A stretch of 48,547 bases of DNA from Verrucomicrobiales bacterium (GCA_031265365.1 JAISCS010000109.1:1-48547), one strand, 5' to 3'. Positions 23,595 to 32,916 are shown, numbered from the stretch's first letter. Notes: a model not told the origin generated them from the letters alone. Numbers and translations: made by a program.

Positions 23595-24167
23595 TTAATA
23601 ATCCAACTCCACCCGGTGCCCGCGCGTGGGCAGGCTGCTGCTGCGCCGTTTGGTGGGGCTGGCGGAGTTGGCGGCGGGGGTCAGCGGCAGCGGGTCGGCG
23701 GGGCCGATGAGTTCAAAGCCCTTGAGCCGGAACACCTCGACGTATAAGTCATAGTTGGGGTCGTAGCCTTGTTCGGGTAGGAATTCGCCGTACAGCCGGT
23801 ATTCGTAATCATGGTCGCTCTTCAAGTCGTTGCCGAGGCGGCTGGGGATGGGGCAGCGACCGGGGGTTTCTTGCACGATGACCCAGCGGCCTTTGCGGTA
23901 ATCTTGCTTCTCTTTCCACACCCAGCCCCATTCGGTGTAGCGCTCGGTGACGAAGCGGTGGCCGATGTACACGGGGCCGGTGCGGTCGCCCCACGCGCGC
24001 GGGATGGATTTGGGCGCGGGCTTGGGCTTGGGCGCGGGCGGGGTGTCAACGGCGGCGGGCGCCGGCGGCTCGCGGTCAACGCCGGCGGCGGGGTCGGGTT
24101 CCTGCGCGGTGACGGTCAGCGCGCCGAGGATGAGCAGCAGCGGGAAGATGGGGCGCGGCGTTTTCAT
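23595..24167 (-). CDS. Secreted hypothetical protein (Pro-rich linker plus unknown domain)
   Basis: MKTPRPIFPLLLILGALTVTAQ signal peptide, then PAPAAVDTPPAPKPKPAPK, then ..YIGHRFVTERYTEWGWVWKEKQDYRKGRWVIVQE... The ATG at 24167 forms an ATGA overlap with the upstream gene stop. Confidence 0.7.
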   Translation of the reverse strand: MKTPRPIFPLLLILGALTVTAQEPDPAAGVDREPPAPAAVDTPPAPKPKPAPKSIPRAWGDRTGPVYIGHRFVTERYTEWGWVWKEKQDYRKGRWVIVQETPGRCPIPSRLGNDLKSDHDYEYRLYGEFLPEQGYDPNYDLYVEVFRLKGFELIGPADPLPLTPAANSASPTKRRSSSLPTRGHRVELDY

Positions 24168-24850
24168 TGGGACCATTTTCCGTTGGGGGAGGAGAGGAAG
24201 GGCAGGCCGCCGCGCGAGTAATCGGTCTTGCCGATGGCGCCAATCATGGGGATGCCGGTGCGCCTGTGCCATTCGGCGGAATACGATTCGCCGCTGTGGC
24301 AGCCCCAGCTTTTGGCGTAGGCGTCCTTGGTGAAGATGTCGGCGTCAATTTTTTTCAAATCGCCCTGGTGCAGGATGCTGCTGGCGAACGCGGCGCCGTC
24401 AAGGGCGTTGCTGTAGTCAAACATGAGGCAGAGCATGTTGGAGTGGCCGAAGTACTCGAAGCGGGCGACTTTGACTTGGTCGCGGTTCCGGCCTTTGTTG
24501 AGGTAGTTGAGGAGTTCCCGCTGGGTGTCGAACCAGAAGAGCCGGGCGCGGGCGCCGGCGGCCTTGGCCTGGATGGCGGCGAGGAGGTTGGCGTTCTCCG
24601 CGCGCCCGCGGTTGACGTAGGCGGGGCGGTACACCAGCCAGGTGAGTTGGTCGCCGGCGGGGAGGTTGAGCTGGCGCGCGCGGACCTCGGCGGCGTCGAT
24701 GAAGTTGCCCCAGTATTTGTCGTGCGGCTGGTTTTTGTATTTCTCGAAGTACATCAGGGCGCAGCCGCCGCTGACGAGGATGTGCTCGGCGGCGCCGGCC
24801 GTGGCCGCGCCCAGCAGGACGCCGGCGGTGAGGGTGAGGATGAAACGCAT
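24164..24850 (-). CDS. Secreted hypothetical protein, unknown family
   Basis: MRFILTLTAGVLLGAATAGAA signal peptide. The body includes HILVSGG, FEYFGHSN, SWGCHSGES and GAIGKTDYS. Start at ATG 24850; the track extension runs through a repeat. Confidence 0.7.
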   Translation of the reverse strand: MRFILTLTAGVLLGAATAGAAEHILVSGGCALMYFEKYKNQPHDKYWGNFIDAAEVRARQLNLPAGDQLTWLVYRPAYVNRGRAENANLLAAIQAKAAGARARLFWFDTQRELLNYLNKGRNRDQVKVARFEYFGHSNMLCLMFDYSNALDGAAFASSILHQGDLKKIDADIFTKDAYAKSWGCHSGESYSAEWHRRTGIPMIGAIGKTDYSRGGLPFLSSPNGKWSQ

Positions 24851-24878
24851 GGGGGGAAGATAGCAGGGGGGAGGGGAA

Positions 24879-24930
24879 GTGGAAAGCAGAAAGCTGAAAT
24901 TGGAAATGATTGCTGCTTTCAGCTTTCGTC
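24879..24930. repeat. Family-C hairpin repeat, copy 3 (in a divergent promoter region)
   Basis: gtggaaagcagaaagctgaaattggaaatgattgctgctttcagctttcgtc. Confidence 0.65.
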
Positions 24931-24945
24931 TGTATGGTGACGCAC

Positions 24946-26361
24946 ATGACCTTGCATAAAAGTTTCGGGGAGTTGGAGCAATTGTTGAACGAACGCATCG
25001 CGGTGATTGACGGCGCGATGGGGACGATGTTGCAGCGGCTGGGGTTGACGGAGGCGGATTATCGCGGCGCACGGTTTAAGGATTGGCCGCGCGAGTTGAA
25101 GGGGTTGCACGACTTGCTGAATGTGACCCGGCCGGAGGCGGTCGCCGAGGTTCACCGCCAGTATCTCGCGGCGGGCGCGGATATTATCGAGACTAACACG
25201 TTTAATTCGCAGGCGGTGTCGCTGGCGGATTACGGGCTGGTGGCGGCGGCGCGCGAGCTGGCGCGCGCGGGGGCGGCGGTGGCGCGCGGGGTCGCCGATG
25301 AGGTGATGCGCGCACGGGCGGGGCGCCAATGTTTCGTCGCCGGCGTGCTGGGGCCGACCTCGAAGACGGCCTCGATGGTGACGGATTTGAACGACCCGGC
25401 GGCGCGGGGCATCACCTTTGACGAGCTGGCGGCGGCGTACGCGGACGCGGCGCGCGGTTTGCTCGACGGCGGCGCGGACACGCTGTTGGTGGAGACGATT
25501 TTCGACACACTGAACGCGAAGGCGGCGTTTTTCGCCATCGAGCAGGTGTTTGAGGAACGCGGCGCGCGCGTGCCGCTGATGGCCAGCGTGACGTTCATCC
25601 AGGCGGGCGGCAACCGGGGCGCGTCGGGGCAGACGGTGGAGGCGTTCTGGAACTCCATCGCGCACGTGCCGCTGTTGAGCGTGGGGATGAATTGCGCGCT
25701 GGGGCCACGGGAAATGCGCCCGCTGATTGAGGAACTGGCGCGGCTGGCGCCGGCGCGGGTGTCGTGCCATCCGAACGCGGGGCTGCCGGACGCGACGCTG
25801 CCGTCGGGTTTCCCCGAAACGCCGGAGACGATGGCGCGCGAATTGGGGGAGTGGGCGCGGAACGGCTGGCTGAACCTGGTGGGCGGTTGTTGCGGGACGA
25901 CGCCGGAGCACATCCGCGCCATCGCCGCCGCCGTCAGCGGGGTGAAACCGCGTGCGCCGCTGACGGTCGCGCCGGCGTTGCGCCTGAGCGGGCTGGACGC
26001 GCTGACGGTGACCGGCGAGTGGCCGCGGGTCGCGCGGGTGACACTCGCCGGCGATGAGGAAGCGGCGGTGGAAAGCGCGCTGGACCAAGTGGACGACGGC
26101 GCGGAAATCATCGACGTGAGCGTCAGCGCGGGGCTGCCGGACGCGGCGCGGGCGGTCACGCGGCTGATGAATTTGCTGGCGTTCGAGCCGGCGCTGGCGC
26201 GGAAGCCGGTGTTGCTCAGCGGGCCGGAGTGGGCGGCGGTGGAGGCGGGGTTGAAATGTTTGCAAGGGCGCGGCGCGGTGACGGCGGGATGTCTTGGCGA
26301 AGGGGCCGAGCGGGCGCGGCGGGAGCAGTTGGCGCGGTGGTATGGCGCGGCGGTGGTGTAA
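24946..26361 (+). CDS. metH: Truncated methionine synthase-like protein: intact homocysteine S-methyltransferase domain plus a degenerate partial pterin-binding domain
   Basis: Hcy domain: IDGAMGTMLQ, ETNTFN, GMNCALGP, GGCCGTTPEHI (Zn-Cys positions kept). It is then colinear with MetH up to ..LKCLQGRGAV..ARWYGAAVV* and stops. Pterin-domain motifs as I recall them (GERTN, IDINMDEG, NSIS) are replaced. No B12 or activation domains follow. Confidence 0.8.
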   Translation: MTLHKSFGELEQLLNERIAVIDGAMGTMLQRLGLTEADYRGARFKDWPRELKGLHDLLNVTRPEAVAEVHRQYLAAGADIIETNTFNSQAVSLADYGLVAAARELARAGAAVARGVADEVMRARAGRQCFVAGVLGPTSKTASMVTDLNDPAARGITFDELAAAYADAARGLLDGGADTLLVETIFDTLNAKAAFFAIEQVFEERGARVPLMASVTFIQAGGNRGASGQTVEAFWNSIAHVPLLSVGMNCALGPREMRPLIEELARLAPARVSCHPNAGLPDATLPSGFPETPETMARELGEWARNGWLNLVGGCCGTTPEHIRAIAAAVSGVKPRAPLTVAPALRLSGLDALTVTGEWPRVARVTLAGDEEAAVESALDQVDDGAEIIDVSVSAGLPDAARAVTRLMNLLAFEPALARKPVLLSGPEWAAVEAGLKCLQGRGAVTAGCLGEGAERARREQLARWYGAAVV

Positions 26362-26436
26362 TCCGCAGATGACGCAGATTTTCACAGATTATTCTTTTAA
26401 GGATTTAATCGGCGTGAATCTGCGTCATCTGCGGAT
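26361..26436. terminator. Hairpin between convergent genes (atccgcagatgacgcagatt.. / ..aatctgcgtcatctgcggat)
   Basis: Arms of about 20 nt, near-perfect, with an AT-rich ~30-nt centre. It starts at the last base of the metH-like stop codon and ends 3 nt before the manC stop. Confidence 0.6.
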
Positions 26437-26439
26437 GGT

Positions 26440-27525
26440 TCACAATAAATCATTTGGCAGGCCGGGCAGCAGGTGCTTGATTTCCTGCGCGCGGTCTTTG
26501 TGGCAGACGAGCACGGTGTCACCGGTTTCCACCACCACCAAGTCGTTGACGCCGCATAGCGCGACGGGCTTGCCGCTGGCGCTCACGATGATGTTGCGCC
26601 GGGCGTCGTGCAGCACGGCGGCGCCGCGAATGATATTGTCGGCGGCGTCCGGCGGCAGGTGCGCGGCCAGCGCGGACCATGAGCCGGCGTCGTCCCAGTC
26701 GAAGGTGGATTGCGCGGCGATGACCGAGGCGGCTTGTTCCATGATGGCGTAGTCCACGGAGATTTTCGGCAGCGTCGGAAACTCCCGCTCAATGCACGCG
26801 GCCTGCCGGTCACGGTCAGCGGGGAAGTGTTCAATGAACGCCGCCAGCGCCGGCGCCGACCGCGCGGCCTCGCGGAGGAAAACATCGGCGCGCCAGGCGA
26901 ATATGCCGCCGTTCCAAGCGTACTGGCCGGAGGCGAGATACTCGGCGGCGGTGGCGGCGGGCGGTTTCTCCACGAAACGCTCGACGCGGCGGAAGCGCGT
27001 GCCGCCGCCGCTGAGCGCGGGCCGCGCGACATCAGCACCGAGTCGCAGGTAGCCGAACTCCGTCGCGGGCCGCGCGGGCGGGATGGCGATGGTCACGAGG
27101 GCGTCACCGTCAGCGGCCAAGCGCGCGGCGTCGCGCAGGTTTTGCTGAAAGGCGGCGGCGTGGTGGATGACGTGGTCGGCGGGGAGCAGCACGACGACCG
27201 CGCGGGGATTGCGCGCGTGCGCGACGGCGGTGGCGAGGGCGGCGGCGGGCGCGGTGTCGCGCTTGGCGGGTTCGGCGATGAGTTGCGCGGCGGGGAAGCG
27301 CGGCAGGGCCTGGAGCGTGGCGGCCCGCTGTTGGTGGTTGACGAGGATGAACAGATGGTCGCCGACCGTCAGCGGCGCTGCGCGGTCAAGCGTTTCCTCC
27401 AGCAAGGTTTTTTCCGAGAGCAGGCGCAACAAATGTTTCGGCGTGGCGCGGCGGCTCAACGGCCAGAAGCGTTCCCCGCTGCCGCCGGCGAGGATGAAGA
27501 CGAAGGTGTCAGGCTCTTGGTGCAT
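26440..27525 (-). CDS. manC: Mannose-1-phosphate guanylyltransferase
   Basis: FVFILAGGSGERFWPLSRRATPKHLL.. nucleotidyltransferase N-terminus, ..VLLPADHVI.., ..EKP.. and ..GGIFAWR.. are typical of ManC/CpsB-type enzymes. Confidence 0.85.
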   Translation of the reverse strand: MHQEPDTFVFILAGGSGERFWPLSRRATPKHLLRLLSEKTLLEETLDRAAPLTVGDHLFILVNHQQRAATLQALPRFPAAQLIAEPAKRDTAPAAALATAVAHARNPRAVVVLLPADHVIHHAAAFQQNLRDAARLAADGDALVTIAIPPARPATEFGYLRLGADVARPALSGGGTRFRRVERFVEKPPAATAAEYLASGQYAWNGGIFAWRADVFLREAARSAPALAAFIEHFPADRDRQAACIEREFPTLPKISVDYAIMEQAASVIAAQSTFDWDDAGSWSALAAHLPPDAADNIIRGAAVLHDARRNIIVSASGKPVALCGVNDLVVVETGDTVLVCHKDRAQEIKHLLPGLPNDLL

Positions 27526-27606
27526 GAATGAATGTACCCCGCCGCCGCCGCCGCTGGCGAGATTTTTCCGCCGCTGCTGGTTGGTAAATTCCCCTTCTCG
27601 GAAGGG

Positions 27607-28509
27607 CTACCCGGCAGGGCGGGGGACTTGCATGGCGGCGACATCGCGCCCCAGTTGCTCGCGCAACGCTGACAGTGACGGAAACGCTTGCTCCGCGCGG
27701 TGGAAGCGGCGCGGCGACATGCTGACGGTCGCGCCATACAAGTCACCGCTGAAGTTCAGCAAGTGCGCCTCGACGGTGACAACCGGCGGCGCGCCGAGGG
27801 TGGGCTTGACGCCGATGTTAATCGCGGCGGGATAACAGTTGCCGCTGACGTTGACTTCGCCGAAGTACACGCCGCGCGGGGGCAAGCATTGGTCGAACGT
27901 CGCCAGGTTCGCGGTGGGGAAGCCGAGTTGCCGGCCCAGTTGCCGCCCGCTGACGATGACCCCGTGCAACGAGTACGGTTTGCCCAGCAACTCCGCGGCC
28001 TCGGCGAGCCGGCCACCGGCGATGAGCGCGCGCACGCGGCTGCTGCTGACGGTCACGCCGCCGCGCGTCACGAACTCGCCCACCGTCAGCGCGAGACCGC
28101 GCGCGTCGCACCAGTGCCGGAGCAACGGGATATCCCCCGCGCGATTATGTCCGAAGCGCCAGTTCGGGCCGACGGCGACCCGCCGCAAGCGCGGCAACGC
28201 CCGCTCCAGTTCCCGCAAAAACTCCTCCGCCGTCGTCAGCGCCATCCGCGCGTCAAACGGCAGCAACACGACGTGCCGCACGCCCAGCGCGGCGAGGTCG
28301 TGCAACTTGTGCGGCAGGCCGGTGAGCAGCAGCGGCGCTTGGTCAGGAAACAAAAATGCCCGCGGGTGCGGGTCGAACGTCAGCACGCCGTCATGAGCGG
28401 CGTCCGCGATGACGCGCTGGTGCCCGCGATGCACGCCGTCGAAAAACCCCAGCGCCAGCGCGTGAAGGTCAGCGCCGGCGGCCTCGGCGAATGAACGGTA
28501 CAGCTTCAT
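27607..28509 (-). CDS. ribF: Bifunctional riboflavin kinase / FMN adenylyltransferase
   Basis: [15 protein letters not shown].., LTFDPHP.., and the C-terminal kinase ..[14 protein letters not shown].., ..PTLG..VEAHLL.F.GDLYG. Start at ATG 28509 (ATGA overlap with the truB stop). Confidence 0.9.
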   Translation of the reverse strand: MKLYRSFAEAAGADLHALALGFFDGVHRGHQRVIADAAHDGVLTFDPHPRAFLFPDQAPLLLTGLPHKLHDLAALGVRHVVLLPFDARMALTTAEEFLRELERALPRLRRVAVGPNWRFGHNRAGDIPLLRHWCDARGLALTVGEFVTRGGVTVSSSRVRALIAGGRLAEAAELLGKPYSLHGVIVSGRQLGRQLGFPTANLATFDQCLPPRGVYFGEVNVSGNCYPAAINIGVKPTLGAPPVVTVEAHLLNFSGDLYGATVSMSPRRFHRAEQAFPSLSALREQLGRDVAAMQVPRPAG

Positions 28510-29240
28510 TGCCGGCGGATGCGCGAGATGTCCGTGAGGCCGAGGATGCGCGGCAGCAAATCGGCGGCGCTGACGGTGGCCTCCAGCTCGGCGCGCGTCA
28601 CCGCGTGCTCCAGCGTGAAATTCCCCGACCGCGTCCGCCGCAGCGCCGCCAAGTGCCCGCCGCATCCCAACTCCTGCCCGAGGTCGTGGCAATACGTCCG
28701 CACGTAAAAGCCCTTGCTGCACCGGATGACAAAATCCACGGCGGGCGGCGCGATGTTCGTCAACTGGTACGAATACACATGCACCAGCCGCGGCTCCCGC
28801 TCCACCACCTTGCCTTGCCGCGCCAGCTTGTAAAGCGGCACGCCGTCCTTCTTCAACGCGCTGACCATCGGCGGCGTCTGGTAGAAATCCCCTTTAAACT
28901 TGTCGAACGCCGCCCTCAGCGCCTGCTCCGTCAGCGGCGGCACGGGCCGCGTCTCCGTCACCTCACCCTCGGCGTCCTGCGTGCTCGTGGCCGCGCCCAG
29001 CTTCAGCGTGCCCGCGTACTCCTTGTCTTCCGACATCAATAAATCCTGCACCTTCGTCGCCCGGCCGAGCACCAGCATTAGCAAGCCCGTCGCCATCGGG
29101 TCCAGCGTGCCGCAGTGGCCGACCTTCTTGAATTTAAAACGCCGGCGGACATAATCCACGACATCGTGCGAGGTGCAATTGGCGGGTTTGTCAACGAGCA
29201 GCAGCCCGTCGGGTTGTTGGGGAGTTCCGGTAAGCATCAT
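28506..29240 (-). CDS. truB: tRNA pseudouridine(55) synthase
   Basis: [43 protein letters not shown] with the catalytic Asp motif. Confidence 0.9.
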   Translation of the reverse strand: MMLTGTPQQPDGLLLVDKPANCTSHDVVDYVRRRFKFKKVGHCGTLDPMATGLLMLVLGRATKVQDLLMSEDKEYAGTLKLGAATSTQDAEGEVTETRPVPPLTEQALRAAFDKFKGDFYQTPPMVSALKKDGVPLYKLARQGKVVEREPRLVHVYSYQLTNIAPPAVDFVIRCSKGFYVRTYCHDLGQELGCGGHLAALRRTRSGNFTLEHAVTRAELEATVSAADLLPRILGLTDISRIRRQ

Positions 29241-30499
29241 ACAAATTCCTTCCTGAGCCGCGCCAGCACGCGCTCGCGGGCGGCGGCGCCGTCGGTTTTG
29301 AACCCAATGCCCGCCGCGCCCGGGTGCCCGCCGCCGTCGAACTCCAGCGCGAGTTCGCTGACGTTCACCCGCCCCTTCGAGCGCAGGCTGACCTTCAGCC
29401 CGCCGTCGTCCTTCAGTTCAAACAACGCCGCCAACTCCGTCCCGCTGATGGCCAGCCCCGTCTCGACAATCCCCTCCGTGTCCTCCACCAGCGCGCCCGA
29501 CTCGGTGAAATCCGCCGGCGTCAACGTGGTGTGCGTCAGCGCGCCGCCGAACTCGAATTGCAAATTCGCCAGCGCCCGCTGTTGCAACTTGAAGCGCGCC
29601 ACGCTGATGTTCTGGTAACACTGCTTCGCCAACTCCGCCGGGTCCGCCCCCTTCGCCACCAACAGCGCCGCTTGGTCAAAGGTGTGCGGGCTGGTGCCGC
29701 GATAACGGAACGAGCCGGTGTCCGTCAGCAACCCCACATACAACGCCGTCGCCACCTCCGCCGTCAGCGGCCACCGCGCCTCGGCAATCAAATCCGTGAC
29801 CACGCCCGCCACCGCCGGCTGCGAGGGGTCAACAAACTGCCGCCGCCCGTACCCCGTGTTGCTCGCGTGATGGTCAATGTTCCAGTCCACGCTGACGCTG
29901 ACGGCGGGCCGGAGCGAGTCGCCGAGGCCGAGCCGCTCCTCCGTCGAAGTGTCCAGCGCGACTAGCAAATCCGCCTCCGGCAACCGCGCCGGCGTCCGCT
30001 CAATCAACTCCGCGCGCGGCAAAAAGCGGTAGAGCGAGTTCAACCCGTCGCGGTTGAAAATCCGCACCCGCTTGCCCAGCGCCAGCAAACTCAACCCCAG
30101 CCCCAGCGTGCTGCCGTAAGCGTCCCCGTCCGGCCGGATGTGGCTCAACAAGATGACCGACTCCGCCTGCGCCAGCGCCGTCACCAGTTCGCCATAATGC
30201 GGCGGCACGAACAACCCGCGCGGCGGCGACGCCTTCTTCACCGTCACCCCCAGCAACTCCTCGACCGTCCGGTACACCGTGGCCGGCGCGACCTCGCTGA
30301 CGGTGTCATACACGACCGTCGCCTCCGGCACCTCAAGCATCTGGAACAACGCCACCTCCCCCTCCGCGCCGCCCAGCTCCGCGTGCAACAACTGGCCGTC
30401 GCGCAAATGCATCGACCCGCGCCGCCCCTCGTGCACAAACCGGATGGTGCCGGAGCAACCGGACGACAAACACTGCTTCAATAACTTTTTCAACTTCAT
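29237..30499 (-). CDS. nrnA: DHH/DHHA1 phosphoesterase (NrnA-like) with an N-terminal DUF4388-like domain
   Basis: [14 protein letters not shown], ..DHHASN.., ..GGGHPGAAG (DHH/DHHA1). The N-terminal ~90 aa [40 protein letters not shown] fits the DUF4388 pattern. Start at ATG 30499. Confidence 0.8.
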   Translation of the reverse strand: MKLKKLLKQCLSSGCSGTIRFVHEGRRGSMHLRDGQLLHAELGGAEGEVALFQMLEVPEATVVYDTVSEVAPATVYRTVEELLGVTVKKASPPRGLFVPPHYGELVTALAQAESVILLSHIRPDGDAYGSTLGLGLSLLALGKRVRIFNRDGLNSLYRFLPRAELIERTPARLPEADLLVALDTSTEERLGLGDSLRPAVSVSVDWNIDHHASNTGYGRRQFVDPSQPAVAGVVTDLIAEARWPLTAEVATALYVGLLTDTGSFRYRGTSPHTFDQAALLVAKGADPAELAKQCYQNISVARFKLQQRALANLQFEFGGALTHTTLTPADFTESGALVEDTEGIVETGLAISGTELAALFELKDDGGLKVSLRSKGRVNVSELALEFDGGGHPGAAGIGFKTDGAAARERVLARLRKEFV

Positions 30500-30595
30500 A
30501 ACGAGCGGTAAAGCATCCCACAATCGGCGGCGCAGGTAAACCCAAAACTGCCACCCTCGCGCCAAGTCGCCAAGTTCATGGTTAAATAAAAAACT

Positions 30596-30821
30596 GGTTC
30601 CTCGCTGTTAGCAGTGGCAGCGCTGACGTCGGCCCTCCCCCACCGCCCCAGCCTCCTGCGCCAGCGCATTCCCCTTCCGTGAAGGGGTGGCCGCGCGAGC
30701 GGACGGGGTAGTTCAGCGTTAACAGGGACCTTGCCCCAAACGCTGAACTACCCCGTCGCTCCGCGCCACCCCTTCACGGAAGGGGAATTCACCGCCATTC
30801 CACTGTTCACGGGATAGAACC
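30596..30821. repeat. Family-A MITE-like element, full length, M1-core-M2 orientation
   Basis: M1 ggttcctcgctgttagcagtggcagcgctgacgtcggcc.., core arms around the centre aacagggaccttgccccaa, then M2 ..ccattccactgttcacgggatagaacc. Confidence 0.9.
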
Positions 30822-30925
30822 AAAAAAACTTCGCGGCTTGGCGCGAGAAATTGGCAGTTATTATTGACGCCCGCCCCGCGATATGGTTTCATTTCCGCCG
30901 CAAAATTTAATTGAAAGAAAAACAT

Positions 30926-32413
30926 ATGACCCACGCATTCAACAAACTCACCGCGGAAGAAGCCGCGGCCCTGATTAACCACAACGCCACCGTCGGCTTC
31001 AGCGCCTTCACCTCCACCGCCGCGCCGAAGACCATCAGCAAGGCCATCGCCGCCCGCGCCAGCGCCGAGCACGCCGCCGGCCGCCCCTTCCAAATCACCG
31101 TCCTCACCGGCGCCTCCACCGGCCCGTCCCTCGACGGCGCCCTGGTCGCCGCCGACGCCGTCCGCAAGCGCACCCCCTTCCAGTCCGACCCCGTCATGCG
31201 AAAAGGCATCAACGACGGCAAAGTGCAATTCGTGGACATGCACCTCTCCCGCACCGCCCCCGCCATCCGCGCCGGCCATTTCGGCAAGGTCAACTGGGCC
31301 ATCGTCGAGGCCTGCGCCATTGACCCCGACGGCACCATCGTCCTCACCACCTCCGCCGGCATCACCCCCACCATCGTCAACCAAGCCGAGCGCGTGCTCA
31401 TCGAACTCAACACCTACCACCCCGCCGCCCTGCGCGGCTGCCACGACCTGTTCGAGCCGGTCTACCCCCCACACCGCCAGCCCCTGCTCGTCAACACCCC
31501 CTCCGACCGCATCGGCTCCCCCGTCCTCCGCATCCCCCCGGCCAAAATCGCCGGCTACGTCGAATGCAGCCTGCCTGACGAAGTCGGCGGCTTCTCCGAA
31601 CCGGACGCCCTCACCCAACGCATCGGCCACAACGTCGCCGAATTCCTCGTCGCCGAAATCCACGCCGGTCGCATCCCGCGCGAGTTCCTGCCCATCCAAT
31701 CCGGCGTCGGCGACACCGCCAACGCCGTGCTCGGCGCCATGGGCCAGCACCCCGAAATCCCCGTCTTCGACATGTACACCGAAGTCGTGCAAGACTCCGC
31801 CGTCCAACTCATGCGAGCCGGCAAACTCCGCTTCGCCTCCACCGTCGCCCTGACTATCACCCCAGCCACCGCGCAAGAGATTTACCAAAACCTCGATGCC
31901 TACCGCGACCGCTTCCTCATCCGCCCCGAGGAAATCTCCAACAACCCCGAAATCGTCCGCCGCCTTGGCGTCATCTCCATGAACACCGCCATCGAGGCCG
32001 ACCTGTTCGGCAACGTCAACAGCACCCACTTCTTCGGGCGCACCCTGATGAACGGCATCGGCGGCAGCGGCGACTTCACCCGCAGCGCGTGGCTCTCCAT
32101 CTTCACCTGCCCCTCCACCCAAAAAGGCGGGAAAATCTCCACCATCGTCCCCGCCGTCAGCCACGTCGACCACGTCGAGCACGACGTGCAAATCATCGTC
32201 ACCGAGCAAGGCGTCGCCGACCTGCGCGGCAAATCTCCCAGCGAGCGCGCCGCCGAAGTCATCGAAAAATGCGCGCACCCCGACTACCAGGAATTGCTCC
32301 GCAACTACGTGACCCTCGGCAAAGGCGCGCACACCCCGCACACCCTAGACAAAATCTTCGCCTTCCACCAAGCCTTCCAAACCGAGGGCGACATGCGGAA
32401 AGCGCGCCTCTGA
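30926..32413 (+). CDS. Acetyl-CoA hydrolase/transferase family protein (succinyl-CoA:acetate CoA-transferase-like)
   Basis: ..AAALINHNATVGFSAFTS..VLTGASTGPSLDG..FQSDP..VQFVDMHLS..SGVGDTANAVL..EADLFGNVNS..GIGGSGDF.. is the typical Cat1/AarC/ScpC family layout. ATG 30926. Confidence 0.85.
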   Translation: MTHAFNKLTAEEAAALINHNATVGFSAFTSTAAPKTISKAIAARASAEHAAGRPFQITVLTGASTGPSLDGALVAADAVRKRTPFQSDPVMRKGINDGKVQFVDMHLSRTAPAIRAGHFGKVNWAIVEACAIDPDGTIVLTTSAGITPTIVNQAERVLIELNTYHPAALRGCHDLFEPVYPPHRQPLLVNTPSDRIGSPVLRIPPAKIAGYVECSLPDEVGGFSEPDALTQRIGHNVAEFLVAEIHAGRIPREFLPIQSGVGDTANAVLGAMGQHPEIPVFDMYTEVVQDSAVQLMRAGKLRFASTVALTITPATAQEIYQNLDAYRDRFLIRPEEISNNPEIVRRLGVISMNTAIEADLFGNVNSTHFFGRTLMNGIGGSGDFTRSAWLSIFTCPSTQKGGKISTIVPAVSHVDHVEHDVQIIVTEQGVADLRGKSPSERAAEVIEKCAHPDYQELLRNYVTLGKGAHTPHTLDKIFAFHQAFQTEGDMRKARL

Positions 32414-32671
32414 CCCCGCCCCGTGGAGCGCGGGCAAAAACACCCGCGCCTCCCACCGCCGCCGCCATTTTGCAACCGCTGCAAACCCTTCCCGCAAGTG
32501 CCGCCGCCATTTTGTAACCGTTACAGAAGGGGGGGTACGGCGTTATTGAGACCACACAACGACCGCAAAAACCTCAACAACCCATTGATTAATCAATTCT
32601 TACGTTAATTTTTACCCTCCAACCCGCTTTCAACCAGTCTCAACTTCATCCCCCACCTCCTTAAACGAATA

Positions 32672-32916
32672 GGTTCCTTGCTGCTAGCAGTGGCAGCACT
32701 GACGCCGGAATACCCTTCACCGCCCATGCTCCTGCGTGAGCAAATTCCCCTTCCGTGAAGGGGTGGCCGCGGAGCGGACGGGGTAGTTCAGCGTTAACAG
32801 GAACCTCGCCCCAAACGCTGAACTACCCCGTCGCTCCGCGCCACCCCTTCACGGAAGGGGAATTATGCTGCGCTTACCACCCGCCACTGCCATTCCACCG
32901 TTCACGGGATAGAACC
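32672..32916. repeat. Family-A MITE-like element, full length, M1-core-M2 orientation
   Basis: ggttccttgctgctagcagtggcagcactgacgcc.., the core arms, then ..ccattccaccgttcacgggatagaacc. Same order as the copy at 30596. Confidence 0.9.

Noticed and set aside
23371-23598. 75-aa ORF within the nested hairpin element
   Set aside because: It lies entirely in palindromic repeat DNA. The product is Arg/Pro-rich, there is no RBS, and the region is better explained as a structured repeat.
24919-26385. 488-aa minus-strand ORF opposite the metH-like gene; likewise 21905-23293 (+) opposite xylA, 38838-40193 (+) opposite glpD, 40271-41320 (+) opposite glpK and 42902-44377 (+) opposite the isomerase/dehydrogenase genes
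   Set aside because: All give Arg/Pro/His-rich nonsense products in antisense to genes with unambiguous family motifs. They are GC-driven open frames.
30719-32341. 540-aa ORF on the minus strand opposite the CoA-transferase gene
   Set aside because: It is a shadow ORF typical of high-GC DNA. The product is low-complexity Gly/Ala/Asp/Val-rich with no motifs, whereas the plus-strand frame has clear CoA-transferase family blocks.
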